A DNA stretch of 64,000 nucleotides from Felis catus (taxonomy: Eukaryota), in assembly GCF_018350175.1 (NCBI RefSeq), contig NC_058383.1, forward strand, positions 9,488,001 through 9,552,000, read 5' to 3'. The stretch's first letter is position 1, and every line of letters begins with the position of its first letter. Position numbers and translations under genes: made by a program. Below the pieces are notes generated by a model. It saw only the letters and a list, made by a program, of their open reading frames with translations, had not been told where the DNA came from and ran no database searches. Positions 51,534-64,000 of this stretch are shown in pieces.

Positions 51534-52899
51534 TGCAACCACCCTGGTGCCTCACTCACATGCCCACTCCTCCCCAGTCCATTATGGGGTTCCCCGAGGG
51601 AAGAAAGACTGATGGGATGCTGGTATTGGGAGCCACCACCCACCCCAGACCCCAGGAGAGGCTCCCTCCTTGCATCCCAGGTAAGAAGAAGAGAAACCAG
51701 ATTAGTGGAATTTGACACCTGTGGTTCAGGCCAGCTGTCTTCCTTTACAGGACAGGGAGGGATTCGGGCTCCCTGCTCTCCAGCATTCACGGCCAAGGCG
51801 ACAGCTTTCCTCCAGATGGCAGGGCCCTGGGGATCTCTCTGGGATGGCAGGGAGGGGAAGAGTTCCGGGCAGGTGGGAGCTGGGGAGTGGGACACTAGCA
51901 CGCCACCTTTCCATCCGGGGCATCTGGTTATGCCCAACCTCACCTCTAAGGCCAGGTGATCTTTCTGCACACCTGGAGCCCCGAGAGTCAAAGAGGGACC
52001 ACACCTGGGAGTGGAGACCAACAAAGAACAAACATGAGGCTCAAGGGTTTTAGATTCCTTCTCTGCCAACCACAGGAACGCCCCTGGGCGGCCCAACATA
52101 CGGGAGATCCAGAGAGCTGGCTCGCCCTTTGGCAGAGATTTCAGGCCTGTAGAAGGATCTGGTCTGCCGGTCCCTAAACGCCCTCCCTCCTCAAGGCCCC
52201 TGAGCCCTGAGCGCACAGTGGCCCCAGAAGCAGGCCTGTTTCAGCCTGCTTCATCGTTGGGTGATTTGTGCGGCTCCCCTCAGACTTGGGCACAAACAAG
52301 CAGAGAAGGCTCCCAGTGGTCTCCACTACCGGCAGGATTAAGTCCAAACCCCTTAGGCTGAGCCTCAGAGCCCCTCCCACCTGGCCCCTATGGCCTCTCC
52401 ACATCCATGTTTCCCCATCGATGCTTCCTCACCCCACTTTCTGGTCTAGCAGGCTAAACACATCCGTCTTGGCACATACTCTCCTCCCAGAGCACCCTTC
52501 TCATTCCATCCTGGAGAGGCCTGCTCCGGCCGGGTTCGGGGATCACCTCCTCTGGGACGCCTCCCTGGGTCCCGAAGTGCTGGCTGATCGCTTCTCTGTG
52601 CTCTGCAGGAAGTGAGCAGATGCCTCTCCTGGAGCCTCCCGGGGCTAGTGTGGGTTCTGTCTCCCTCACTAGAACATACTGGGGACCAAGCCTTGCAGCC
52701 TTTGCGTGCCCAGCCCATGATGAGGCCCAGGAGGTAGCAGGTACTCAGTAACTATTTGATGAGAGAATGAATGAGTGAAGAGTGAATGAGTGAATGAGCA
52801 AAAGGGCGAGGGTGGCCGTTGCCAGGGCTCAGGCTCCCAGGATCCATCATCCTGGACCAGGTGGGCTCAGAGCACAAGTGTGGCCTCCCAAGCCATGTG

Positions 52900-53360
52900 C
52901 AGATTCCCAGGGCTTATTAAGCACTTATTAAGCACTTACTGTGTGAATCACCCCCCAGCCACTCTGTTCTGTTCTGAGAACATGCCTGGCCCTCTGCTCT
53001 TGTTCCTCTGTCTCCCTGGAAAGGTCTTCACCCTGATCCTCTCATGGCTGCTCCTTGGATTCCTTCAGGTCTCAGTGGCAATGTTGCCTCCTCCAGGTGG
53101 CCTTCCCTGATCTAAAGTTGCCGCTCTCTGTGTCTCATCAAGCGGCTTTCCTGCCCTGCCTTGTGCTCTCGTTAATTCATGGCTTTGTTTGTCTGTTGGC
53201 TAATTGTCTTTCCCTCCCTCCCCCCCCCCCCATGCACGCACAGATCACTAAGCTCTTGGAGGGCAGGCATTGGCCACCTTGCTCACCGCTGTGCCCCCTG
53301 AACCTAGAATAAGTGTCTGGCACACAGTAGGTACTCCATAGATGTACAGTGAATGAACAC
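52900..53360. mobile_element. L2 3' fragment(s)
   Basis: ttcaggtctcag; taagctcttggagggcagg; cctagaataagtgtctggcacacagtaggtactc; tgaatgaa. Confidence 0.6.
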
Positions 53361-54329
53361 AAGCTTTGCCAGGTGGTTCCTGTCCTCCAGTGGACAGACA
53401 CCTGCCGAAGAAGGCCACCTTGCACAGTTTGTCACTGATAAGCTAATAGAGCCTTTCCAGCCCCCGAGGGAACCACACTTGTTGGATGCACAGCACTCAG
53501 GCCCCTCTGTGCAGGCACCTCTTGCTGGCAGCCTCCCTAAAGGCCAGGGTTCCTCTTTGTATTCTGCAAGGGAGGGGTGGAAGGTCTGCAAGGAGCGGCA
53601 CCTTGCACACAAGTCAAACTCTAGAAAGAAGCATTTTTTACCCTCTCCCTCTCTGTTGTGTCTATGATCTCCCTCTATGGGACAGGTGCAATTGTCTCTC
53701 TTTCCAGACCAGGACCTGAGGCTCCAGGAAGCCAGGTGACTTGCCCTCATGGCCAGGGAGAGGAGCTGGAGACTCAGAAGCTCCCCTCTGCCTTCTGACC
53801 AGAGAGCCTCCTTGGGCCCTCAACCAATTCTGTGCTGCGCAACACCCCCCCTGCACCGCCCCAACCTCAGTCCTGCGCAGAGACCTGGGGGCAGGGTAGG
53901 GAGCTGAAGGTCCTTGTTTATGTTCACCAGGGGCTGGGTCCTAGCTCCAGTTCCTTCCCAGTGCCTCTGGCCATCTCTGCCTGCACACCCTGGTGACCTC
54001 ATAGTCAAACTGCCCTAAATGGCAACCCCCCCCCATGCCCCTGCCTGCAGACCACTTTCCTCTTCTGGCCCTCCTATTTGCAGCAGGACACCAGTCACCC
54101 ATGTTCAAAATTTCACTCCTTTCCCCCTTCCCACCCTCCTCTCCCTCCCATCGCATGAGAGCAGAATGCTCTGGAGTCAACAGGTTGCAAGTGGGGAGCT
54201 GGCGAGGGGCAGGGTGGGGGCCTTGGGCAGACGCGTGCTCTGCTCTACCTGCAGCTGGTGGGGGGGCCCCTAGGGGCTCCGAGCAGGACGGTGATGTGCC
54301 AAATGGAGGCTTTTGGGGAGAGGAACCTG

Positions 54330-55445
54330 CCTGTATCTGCCTCCTGGAGCTGGTGGAACAAATCACCACAACTGGGTGGCTTCAGACAACACATTTTTTC
54401 TCAGTCCTGAAGTCCAGAAGTCCAAAATCGAGGCATCGACAGGGCCGTGCTTCCTCAGAAAGCTCTACGAAGGAATCTTTCCCTTGCTTCTTCCTAGCTT
54501 CTGGTAGATTCTAGAGATTTTTGGTGTTCCTTGGCTTATAGACTCATCCTCCAGTGTCTGCCTTGTCTTCATACGGCTGCCCTCTCCCTGGCCCTGTGTT
54601 TTCACAGGGCTTCTCTTTTTTTTAATTTTTTTAACTTGTTTTATTTTTTATTTTTTTTTAAATTTACATCCAAATTAGTTAGCATATAGTGCAACAATGA
54701 TTTCAGGAGTAGATTCCTTAGTGCCCCTTACCCTTTAAGCCCATCCCCCCTCCCACAACCCCTCCAGTAACCCTCAGTTTGTTCTCCATATTTGAGTCTC
54801 TTCTGTTTTGTCCCCCTCCCCGTTTTTATTTTTGTTTCCCTTCCCTTATGTTCATCTGTTTTGTCTCTTAAAGTCCTCATATGAGTGAAGTCATATGATA
54901 TTTGTCTTTCTCTGACTGATTTCACTTAGCATAATACCCTCTAGTTCCATCCACATAGTTGCAAATGGCAAGATTTCATTCTTTTTGATCCCCGAGTAAT
55001 ACTCCATTGTATATATAGACCACATCTTCTTTACCCATTCATCCATCGATGGGCATTTGGGTTCTTTCCATACTTTGGCTATTGTCGATAGTGCTGCTAT
55101 AAACATGGGGGTGCCTGTGTCTCTTCGAAACAGCACACCTGAATCCCGTGGATAAATGCCTAGTAGTGCAATTGCTGGGTCGTAGAGTAGTTCTATTTTT
55201 AGTTTTCTGAGGAAGCTCCCTACTGTTTTCCAGAGTGGCTGCACCAGCTTGCATTCCCATTCACGGGGCTTCTCTTAAAAGGACACCAGGTGTTGGATTT
55301 AGGACCCACCTTATTCCAGTAGGACCTCATCTTAACTGGATGACATCTGCAAGGACATTATTTCCAAATAAGGTCACGTTCACAGGGACTGGGGTTAGGA
55401 TTTTGACATATCTTTTTGGGGAACACAGTTCAACAACCCATAGCA
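54330..55445. mobile_element. MLT1-type (ERVL-MaLR) solo LTR split by the L1 insertion
   Basis: MLT1-like motifs on both sides of the L1: ccacaactgggtggctt, gaagtccaaaatcgagg, and ggatttaggacccacc...atttccaaataaggtcac...cccatagca. Confidence 0.75.
54618..55259 (-). mobile_element. 5'-truncated carnivore LINE-1 3' end, apparently the same subfamily as 21488-22895
   Basis: ORF2 tail peptide [17 protein letters not shown]...EWVKKMWSIYTMEYYS, 3'UTR and poly-T. TSD ttcacagggcttctctt (54601-54617) / ttcacggggcttctctt (55260-55276). Confidence 0.93.
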
Positions 55446-58400
55446 CTGACCAAAGGGTGCCGGGTATTGGGCATGATTGAAGCTGGGCCCGGAGGCTGTT
55501 GCACTGACGGGTGGGGGCTGAAACTTGGGTCCCTGGGGAGAGGGGGACAGTCGCCCTGGCAGTGGGTGGGCTGCTGAGGGCCCGTGTGCAGGTGCTGCGT
55601 GAGGCCACCCTGCGGCTGCCACTGGTGTCTCTCATCACCCTGGTCTGCTTCTTGCTGGGTGACGCCTGGACTCTGCCAAGGGTACAGGGGGTGTGGCCTT
55701 GCACGGGGCAAGGGGCAAGGCCAGGGTTTGGGGGAGAGAACACTTCTCTTGTGCCCTTATAGCCTCTGCTGAAATCTCTCTCCAGGAGTGGGGGTGGGGT
55801 TGGTCCCCGCAAGGGGAGGGCGATGGGATTACGGGTGGGGCGGAGGTCAGTCCCATCCAGTCTCAGGAGGCGCCCTTCTCTGCTCGCTGCTCCCCAGGGA
55901 GATCCCCGACTGCACTTTGGAATGGGTACATCTAGGCATGTCCTGGCTCCAGGGCCCGGCTCTGCCTGATGGAAGAAGGGGTCTCTCCCCAGAACCCCCA
56001 GCCATCCTGGAAGGGTGTGGAGTGCTCCCACACACCAATGCCACCACCCTCCACAGGAGAGTCTGATGGAAGAGAATCTCGGGGCGCCCTGTGAGCACCA
56101 GTGCCCCAGACTCTGTGCCTGGGCTCCTGGAGTCGGCGCATTCAAGGGGGCTCAGCTGGGCCACATGAGAGTCCTCACCTGTTCTCCCGGCTGTCCCCTA
56201 GCCCACTCTACCCAGCGACCAGAACAGTGGAGCAAAGACAAGAGTCAGAAGCCCCGGGTTCTGTGCTGGCCCCATCACCGGAGTCCCTGTGTGTCCTTAG
56301 CCAGATAAATTCCCCTCTCTGGGCCTCACATTCCTGCGTGCAGCGTGAGGGCTGGACTCACGGTCTTCTCCAGTGTTCCCTCAGTGACGAACCTTGATGA
56401 GCCTAATTCACAGGAATGGGCCTCTGATGGTAGAATTGTAGGCAGTGTGTGACAGGCACATGGCAGGGGAGGTTTGGGCCCAGAGGGCTTTCCTGTTACC
56501 CTGCTCATCACAAGCCACAAATGGCCATGCCTGTTTCTGAAGATTTTGCTCAATTTTAAGATGCTTCCTGTCAGCTGTCTGATCAGTTCACACGGTGCCA
56601 GCAGCACGGTGTGTGGGGGAAAGGCAGGGAGGTGGTGGGGGAGAAGATTGGAGTGGTAGGCTGGGGTCAGATTGGGCAAGGTGCAGGGGAGAGGGAGAGG
56701 ATTAGGCGGCCCCCACCTGCGAAGGAACACGTATGTGTGCGTGTATATACGGCACGTACCCGTGCACAGGTCAGCTTGTACATGAATCTGTGCACGGACA
56801 GGTATGAATACATGTAGGTGTGTGCCTTAACCACATATGGGTTTTTGCAGGTGGGTACCTACCGGTTTGAACTTGATGTGTGGTGAGAGCCCAGATATGT
56901 GAGTTCAAAATGTCACATCTGTGTTTATGTGTTCCTGTGTAGGAGCCGTGTGTGTGTGTGCGCGCGCACACGGGCCAACTGCCCTGTGCACCACGGAGGC
57001 CTGAACTGTCCCAGTGCCACCTCTGTGGGCAGCCCGCCTGGCCATTGGCTCCCGGCGGGGCTGTAGCTAGGCCCCCAGGAGAAGTGGTTCCATTAAGGAG
57101 GCAGCCTCAGGATGTGACCTGACCGTGGTTCAAGGGCAGGGTTGCACAGGCAAGCCTTTGGAGATATTTCTTGGAGGAGGGGCTCTAGGCTCAAAACAGG
57201 ACCCTGGAGCAAGGTCTCAGGTGGCCCAAGCTCTGGAGATGGCACGGACGTCCCTGAGGTTCTAGGCTTCAGGTCGGGGCTGGGGTATCGCTCTCAGAGC
57301 TGGCAGTTGTCCAGGCGTGGACCAGCAGGTCAGACTCGGGAAGCATCCTGGGATGGACTTCTGGGGTGGTGCCCCTGTGGGTCTCAAGAGTCCGAAGTCC
57401 AGCACCCAACTCTGAGGCCAGCTCTCCCTCCCCCGCTCTCCCCCCACATTCCATGCTTGGGGGAACCTCATCCTCTAGGATTGTCCTGCTTCCAACCCCA
57501 CTATGGGCCGCTCTCCACCCTGCTCGCTGGGAGTGAACAGGTACCTTCGGGCAGGGCAGGAGCACCAGGCTTCAAGTGGGAAAGCTGTGTAACCCCAGAA
57601 AGACGCTGTGTGTGCTAGGCTGCGTTTCTCCCTCGGGCCACTCTCACCACTTCCAGCTTGGGCTGCTGCAACCATCTTCTTTCCCATGCACCCTCCCGGC
57701 CCCCATACTCACATGCCTCCTCTCTCCCGGCTCCTGGACTCTCCCCTTCCGGTCTTTGTTCAGGCTGTCCGCCCTCTATCCACCTGGCCCCTGCCCTTGG
57801 GCAGGTCTCCTTTAACCAACTGTGAGCGCATCGAAGGCAGGACTGGTCCTCTTCCATCTTCGTGTCCCCAGAGCCTAGCACAGGCCTGAACCCAGCGGTT
57901 GCTCTCAGCGTTCGCTACATGGAAGAACTAAGGAAAGAACAGGTGTGTGACAGAAGGAAGCCTCGCAAGGTGGGGCCTATCTGTGAATCTGATTCCCTCA
58001 GAGGACAGGAGCCAGTCTTTCCCTCCTGGACCCCCAGCCCTGGGGAGCCCAGCCCAGGGGATGTTTGTAGAGGCCTCCTCCCCCTGCAGACAAAGCAGGG
58101 CAACTAGACAACATCTAGAAGCTTCTCTGGCAGCAGTGAGTCCTGCCTTGCCTGGGGAGACAAGAGCAGTCTCTATCGAGCACGGAATAATGGCTTTCTC
58201 TGAAGCTGAACGCGACAGCCGTGGTTAACGCCTCTCTCCTTCCCTCTCTCTCTATGGAAGGGTGTGTGCCTGGCATCCAACCGGTTTCCAGCTCTCCAGG
58301 CTGGTCAGGGGGCCTCCCAACGAGTGCGTGAAAAGCATTGCTGAATTTCAATTCCGTATTTGGCCATCCCTCCCACCCCTGAGCTTCCAAAGGGCAGGGA

Positions 58401-59429
58401 TCACCTGCTCATCTATCCAGATATTCAGCAAATATTTATTGAGCGCCAGCCCCATGCGTCCTGTGGACTCGCCTTTATCTCAGTCTCTCGTCCCAGCCAG
58501 AGACTTAGCACACACTCAGTGTTCATGGACAGGGGACACACTAGTGGCAGATTCAACGGGTAAATGGGGAGGGGGCTTGGGATCCCCGCCAGGCCCCAGA
58601 AAATGAGCTGCAGCCAGACCAACGGAAGCCCAGGGATCACACAGACTTGGCAGAATCCGTCTCAGAGCAGCGGTTGTTACAGGGGCCGGGTTGGGGGCTG
58701 CTGCCGGCTGTTCTGCTGGACCCACGCCGCCTCCTGGCAAACGTTGCAGTGGAAGAGGTGATGGGACTGAACGACCTCTGAGTCCCCTCCGGCCGTGCTA
58801 CTCAGGGACCTGTGACAGGGCCCGTCAGCCTGATCATCCCCACAGCCCCCACAGCGACGACCAGCCAGTCCACGTAGTAAGCCGGACACAAGGGATGTGG
58901 CCCTGTCACACCGGGAACACGTGGTCCTCGTACCTGCTTCTGGACACAGGCCTGGAACTGGAGTGTCGGGGAAAGGTTTGCAGAGACACAAAGAAGACTG
59001 CACTCACCGAGTGACACCGTGGGACCGGTGCCCCGGGTGCTTGAACAGAGGCCCCAGGCCGGGCCCTGCCAGACTCGCTCTATGCTTGCAGACAACCCTC
59101 AGCTGTGGTCTAGACACCCAACTGCTCAGCCAGTGAAGCCTACTTCACAGTCTGTCCCCCACCCCCTCACCCAGGGCAGGCCACCCAGCGTGTGCCTGTC
59201 ACTGCCCGGCCCCCAGGGCTGGGTGGACTTGTGGGTGTGCCTTATCCACTTCTCATACCCAGGACCTATTAAAAAGCCAGCACAGAGCAGGGCATTCAGC
59301 TCCTGGAATAAATGAAGGTCACGCGTTGTGAAATCTATGAACACACCTGCCAGTTGGCGTGCTTTCTTGACCACCGGGAGGAGCTCCAGCCGATGGATCA
59401 GAAGCCACGGCCCTCAGGTTGGGCAGGCG

Positions 59430-59800
59430 CCTCCGGGCTCAGGCACAGCCCTGTCCTTGTCCTGCCTTCCATGAGAGGGACTGACCCCTGCAAACTCCAT
59501 TTCCTGGGCTTGCTCGCCGGTGGGTTCTGGCTAATCTAGTCCGTGGGAAGCCCTGACGGTACATGAGACAATGGGCAGGGGAGCTGGCCTCTTCTCAGGC
59601 CTCTGGCTTCGGATGCCAGTGCAGCCAGTGCCCGCCTCACCCCTCGGAGGAGGTCCTGCCAGGCAGCCCTCCTTGTCGGTCCCAGCCTGCAGCTGCTTCC
59701 TGCCATTGCCAAGCTCCGGGTTGTCCGAGCTGCCCGATTCCGCCTCCGGCTACCCCACCACCTTTGCTGCCCCTCCCCCGCTCCCCACACCCCGGCCACG
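59430..59800. mobile_element. Possible LTR33/LTR16-like ERVL LTR remnant
   Basis: gactgacccctgcaaactccatttcctgggcttgctcgccggtgggttctggct resembles the recalled consensus. Confidence 0.35.
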
Positions 59801-59920
59801 TCGGGCCCCCACCGCGTGTAGGTCGTCTGCCCCGCTCAACCCAGATCCACCTCTCCTCTTCGCCGTCACACCGCCCTCCTCCGCTGCCCAGCTCGGCTCT
59901 CTCCGGCCCCGGCCAGACCA

Positions 59921-59966
59921 CGAAGAGACCACACACCACAGGCAGGTTGGAGGCTGTTTCTTTATA
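59921..59966 (-). terminator. Putative RHBDD2 polyadenylation signal TATAAA with downstream GU-rich element
   Basis: Minus strand: ttTGTATAAA gaaacagcctccaacctgcc TGTGGTGTGTGGTCTCTT. No AATAAA or ATTAAA seen between the stop codon and this site. Confidence 0.55.
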
Positions 59967-60566
59967 CAAAGGTAATCAACACTATGGATCCATCAGCATG
60001 CTGCTGTGGCTCACGGGGCCCACCTCACCGCCCCTGGGGCAACAAGGCCGGGGCGGGGGCTGGGCCACTGTAGGGGAGGAATACTACACGGGCCCGGGGA
60101 CGGCCCGGCAGGGCAGCTGGGAGCTCCCGAAGAGTAGACACAGACAAGCGGGCACTGGAACCAAGAGCACCACACACAAGGGGAGGAAACGCAGGGTTAG
60201 GATTGGCGGCTGGCAGTCGCTGCCGACCCTCACCTCCCAGGCCTTCTCTGGGAGGCAGGGCGGCAGGTGGGAGGGGCCCCGGAGCCCAGAAGCCCGGATG
60301 TGCCACTACGAAACTACGTGACTTCACGTGACTGCAGAGCGTCTCGCCCTCCGGGTCTGTAAACTGGTGACGCTAAATCGCACTTCACAAAGTTGTCGTG
60401 AGGATGAACAGGGTTGAGATAGGATATATATCAAAATACTCGACACAGAGCCTGGCACATAGAGGTGTTTGATAAATAATTTTTTGTCAAGAAAATCTTA
60501 GCTCAGCTCGGAGAGGACCTTCTTCAGAAAGCCAAGATGGGAGAGAACTTCCCTAGAGATTCCCTA
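59945..60566 (-). other. RHBDD2: RHBDD2 3'UTR (3' end inferred), containing a MIR-like fragment at about 60345-60480
   Basis: Follows the stop codon and ends at a putative poly(A) signal. Confidence 0.6.
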
Positions 60567-60950
<384 letters not shown>

Positions 60951-61638
60951 TCATTCCCGTGGTGATGCCAAGGCCCCCCAGCTGTCATCGTACACGAGAA
61001 AAGCTTGGGATCTCCGTACCGCTTTATAGGACAACATGCTTTGGCCATTTTCTAGAACTAGCTCTGAGCACCAAGTGGGGAGGAAGGTTAATCTCAGCCG
61101 GTCAGGAAATGCCCTGAGAGGGAAGCGCCCATTCACAGGCCTGCAGTGAGCCTGTAGGATGAAGGGACGCTGAGCTCCTAAGGCCACCTGAGGTGGAACC
61201 GCCTCACAGACTTTGCCACCCAGATGAGACGAAGGTGGGACCGGATCACGGCCGTCAGTGTGCCTGTGGCCAGCTCAGCAATTGCGCCCAAAGAGAGTAG
61301 ACCAACCTCTAAGGGAGGAAGGGCAGGAGGGCTCTAATGGGTAACACGGGGCTTGGGCCCAGGCCCTGTCTGCTGTGAGGTTTTCTACCTGTGGCTTCAG
61401 GAATGAAGACTCAGAGCTCAAAGTCCCGGCCGGCAGGAACCATCGAGCCAGATGTCTGGAGCTGCCCATGCAGAGATTAAAGACCCCACCACAGACCATG
61501 TGGCCGGGACCACGAATGGAGACACAGCCTGAACTTCGGCGCAGTTCCAAATATGGACAATGATTGCCAATACCACTGATGTTTGTGGTGGGTGATTGCA
61601 CTGAATCTGTAGATATTTCAGTTAGAACTTGATTTTAT

Positions 61639-61840
61639 GGGGTGCCTGGATGGCTCAGTCAGTTAAGTATGTGACTTTGGCTCAGGTCATGATCTCATGG
61701 TTTGTAAGTTCGAGCCCTGCATCAGACTCTGTACTGACGGCTCGGGGCCTAGAGCCTGCTTCAGATTCTGTCTCCCTCTCTGCTCCTGCACTGCTTGCAC
61801 ACACACTCTCTCTCAAAAATAAACATCAAAAAAATTTTTA
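61639..61840 (+). mobile_element. SINEC_Fc-type SINE in the last RHBDD2 intron
   Basis: TSD agaac(t/c)tgatttta. Confidence 0.9.
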
Positions 61841-61933
61841 AGAAGAACCTGATTTTACAAATCAGCTGTTTAAGTACAGGAACAAAGCACTTAATGGCAC
61901 TTCTGGGATTCTTAAGAATATAGAAGATTTGGG

Positions 61934-62148
61934 GGGGCGCCTGGGTGGCTCAGTCAGTTAAGCGGCCGACTTCAGCTCAGGTCATGATCTCTCGGTCCGT
62001 GAGTTCGAGCCCCGCGTTGGGCCCTGTGCTGACAGCTCAGAGCCTGGAGCCTGTTTCAGATTCTGTGTCTCCCTCTCTCTGACCCTCCCCGTTCATGCTC
62101 TCTCACTGTCTCAAAAATAAATAAAACGTTAAAAAAAAAAAAAAAAAA
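61934..62148 (+). mobile_element. SINEC_Fc-type SINE, CpG-rich and young-looking, in the last RHBDD2 intron
   Basis: TSD aagaatataga(a/g)gatttggg. Confidence 0.93.
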
Positions 62149-63669
62149 GAATATAGAGGATTTGGGCCACCAGAAGTTCTGCAAGAGCCTCCAAGGACGC
62201 AAAGTTGTCCAGACCACGTAACTGCCAAGACAAACACACATGTTGTCATGCCAGTGTCCCCGTCAGGCCATCTGAAACATCACTTTCTGTCCCGGGTGCC
62301 TGTACCAGGCCAGGATAACGAGGAACCGTATGCCATGCCACGTGAGGAACGCGGAAAGAACTGGGGGATCATCACCTCCCTGACCCGGATCTGTCTGCCA
62401 TGATGAAACAGAATCAGATGTACCACCCAAGTGTCCCAGTTACAGAGAGGCAGCTGTGCTTCAGCCTGGGAGAACTTTCTCATTCATGATGAGCTCCCAG
62501 CCGGGAGGGGGGTGTAAGTTCATGCCAGGAGACCGCCCTCAGCTGTCTGAAAGGAGGGTTCCCTCACAGGGTGCAAGTCTGCACCCAAAGGCCCCTTAAG
62601 TCCCCTCTCGAGTTTATGAGAACAATGAAAAGCCTACAAGGCACAATACACCTAAATTTCAACACTCTCCCCCACATTTAGACCCCAGGGATCACCTGCC
62701 TGAAGCAAACTGGGTGCATGCGCATTTCTAGTTTTCCCAGTACTCCCCAGCAGTGCCCTCCCCTGCCAATGTCCCCTTTTTTTAGGAAATGGCCAAAGGG
62801 CCCTGAGCTGGTGAAGGCCAGGGGCATCCACCTCCTGAAATCAGCTACAAAGAGCAGCTTCCAAGTCAACCGAAACCCTGCATCTAGGTCGGCCCAGAGC
62901 GCAGAAGCTATTCCACAGCTGGTTGAAGGTAGAAAAGGGCCGTTGGCAAAGCATCTGAACTTCACAGTGAGTCGTTTCCTTTGGGGAGGCCACTGAAGGA
63001 AAGAAAACTTCCTACGTGGTAAAGTCTAAGCATGGAGGCAGCCACAGGCCAGAAGTGGGGAACAGTGGAAAGGGGGTGAATTGGGCCCGGAAGAAGCGAC
63101 CTTAGTTCGAGACTGGGCTCTCCTATCCCCCTGACACCTAGAGAAAGACTCTCGAACTCCTTGGTCCTCTTCTCTGGTAGGAAGGAGTGAGACTACATGG
63201 GCCGGGGCGGCTTGCCTGGCACCTTCCGTGGAGTGAGCCTGGACCAGAAGACTGGAAACCTCACCTCCTGCCGGGTGGCCAAGAAAACTCTGCCTCTCAG
63301 GCCCTGTGCTGTTTCACGTCCAAGCCACCTCGTCAGCTGTGTGTGGACGGTCTGCTTCTTACCAGGGCTCCCTGCCAGGGCCCGGCTGGACCTGTGCAGG
63401 GTGCTCGTCGGCGCGGAGGGCTGGTGACAACGCTAGATGGGGCCACTCCCTCCCACAGTCTGTCACAAGTCAGTCAGAATGACGTATGAAGGCTTTTCCC
63501 ATTCCGGCTGGCCAGAGTCCCGAGTGCTCGGACGACATTTGTGCATGCGCGTTCTGGGCCCGGACCTGCCCACACCCTGGTCCTTTCTCCCATGATACTG
63601 AGCCAGCCACACTCTCTCTACAAGCCCTGGAATTGCTTCAAGAATAAGCTCCAAGAATTCTGTAACTTA

Positions 63670-63927
<258 letters not shown>

Positions 63928-64000
63928 TCATTCTGCCACCAGCCTGAGCTCCGGGGAAACCAAGAGTTGAGTTTCTATTCCCTGCACCTCAGAGGGAACA

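Noticed and set aside
51809..51822. CTCF-like motif CCTCCAGATGGCAG
   Set aside because: A single imperfect match is expected by chance in 64 kb; unsupported without conservation or ChIP data.
51470..52216. 248-aa minus-strand ORF
   Set aside because: Runs through a (TG)n microsatellite (CVCVCV); no recognisable homology.
55327..56145. 272-aa minus-strand ORF
   Set aside because: No recognisable domain, and its 3' end runs into an MLT1-like LTR; likely a chance ORF in GC-rich DNA.
59563..60321. 252-aa plus-strand ORF
   Set aside because: Antisense to the RHBDD2 3'UTR and over an LTR-like remnant; Pro-rich low complexity, no homology recognised.

Overview
Mammalian genomic DNA, almost certainly a felid: it carries about 36 feliform CAN-SINE/SINEC_Fc-type copies and carnivore-type L1 3' ends. 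The window shows the conserved RHBDD2-POR neighbourhood, with both genes on the minus strand. POR (NADPH-cytochrome P450 oxidoreductase) has its non-coding exon 1 in a CpG island at about 34.9 kb, a 33.6 kb intron 1, and its first coding exon at 1085-1275. About 25 kb of repeat-rich intergenic DNA follows, then the last two exons of RHBDD2 (63671-63821 and about 59945-60924). Nearly all other listed ORFs are spurious (SINE, L1 or GC-rich). I found no evidence of a new multi-gene system. The best second-look items are a candidate U12-type 3' splice site in RHBDD2, a TSD-flanked 3'-truncated U2 snRNA retro-insertion, a multi-layer nested transposon stack, an old ~200 bp local duplication, and a motif-rich CpG-retaining element about 8 kb upstream of POR. 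Repeat family names come from recalled consensus sequences, and repeat boundaries are approximate.
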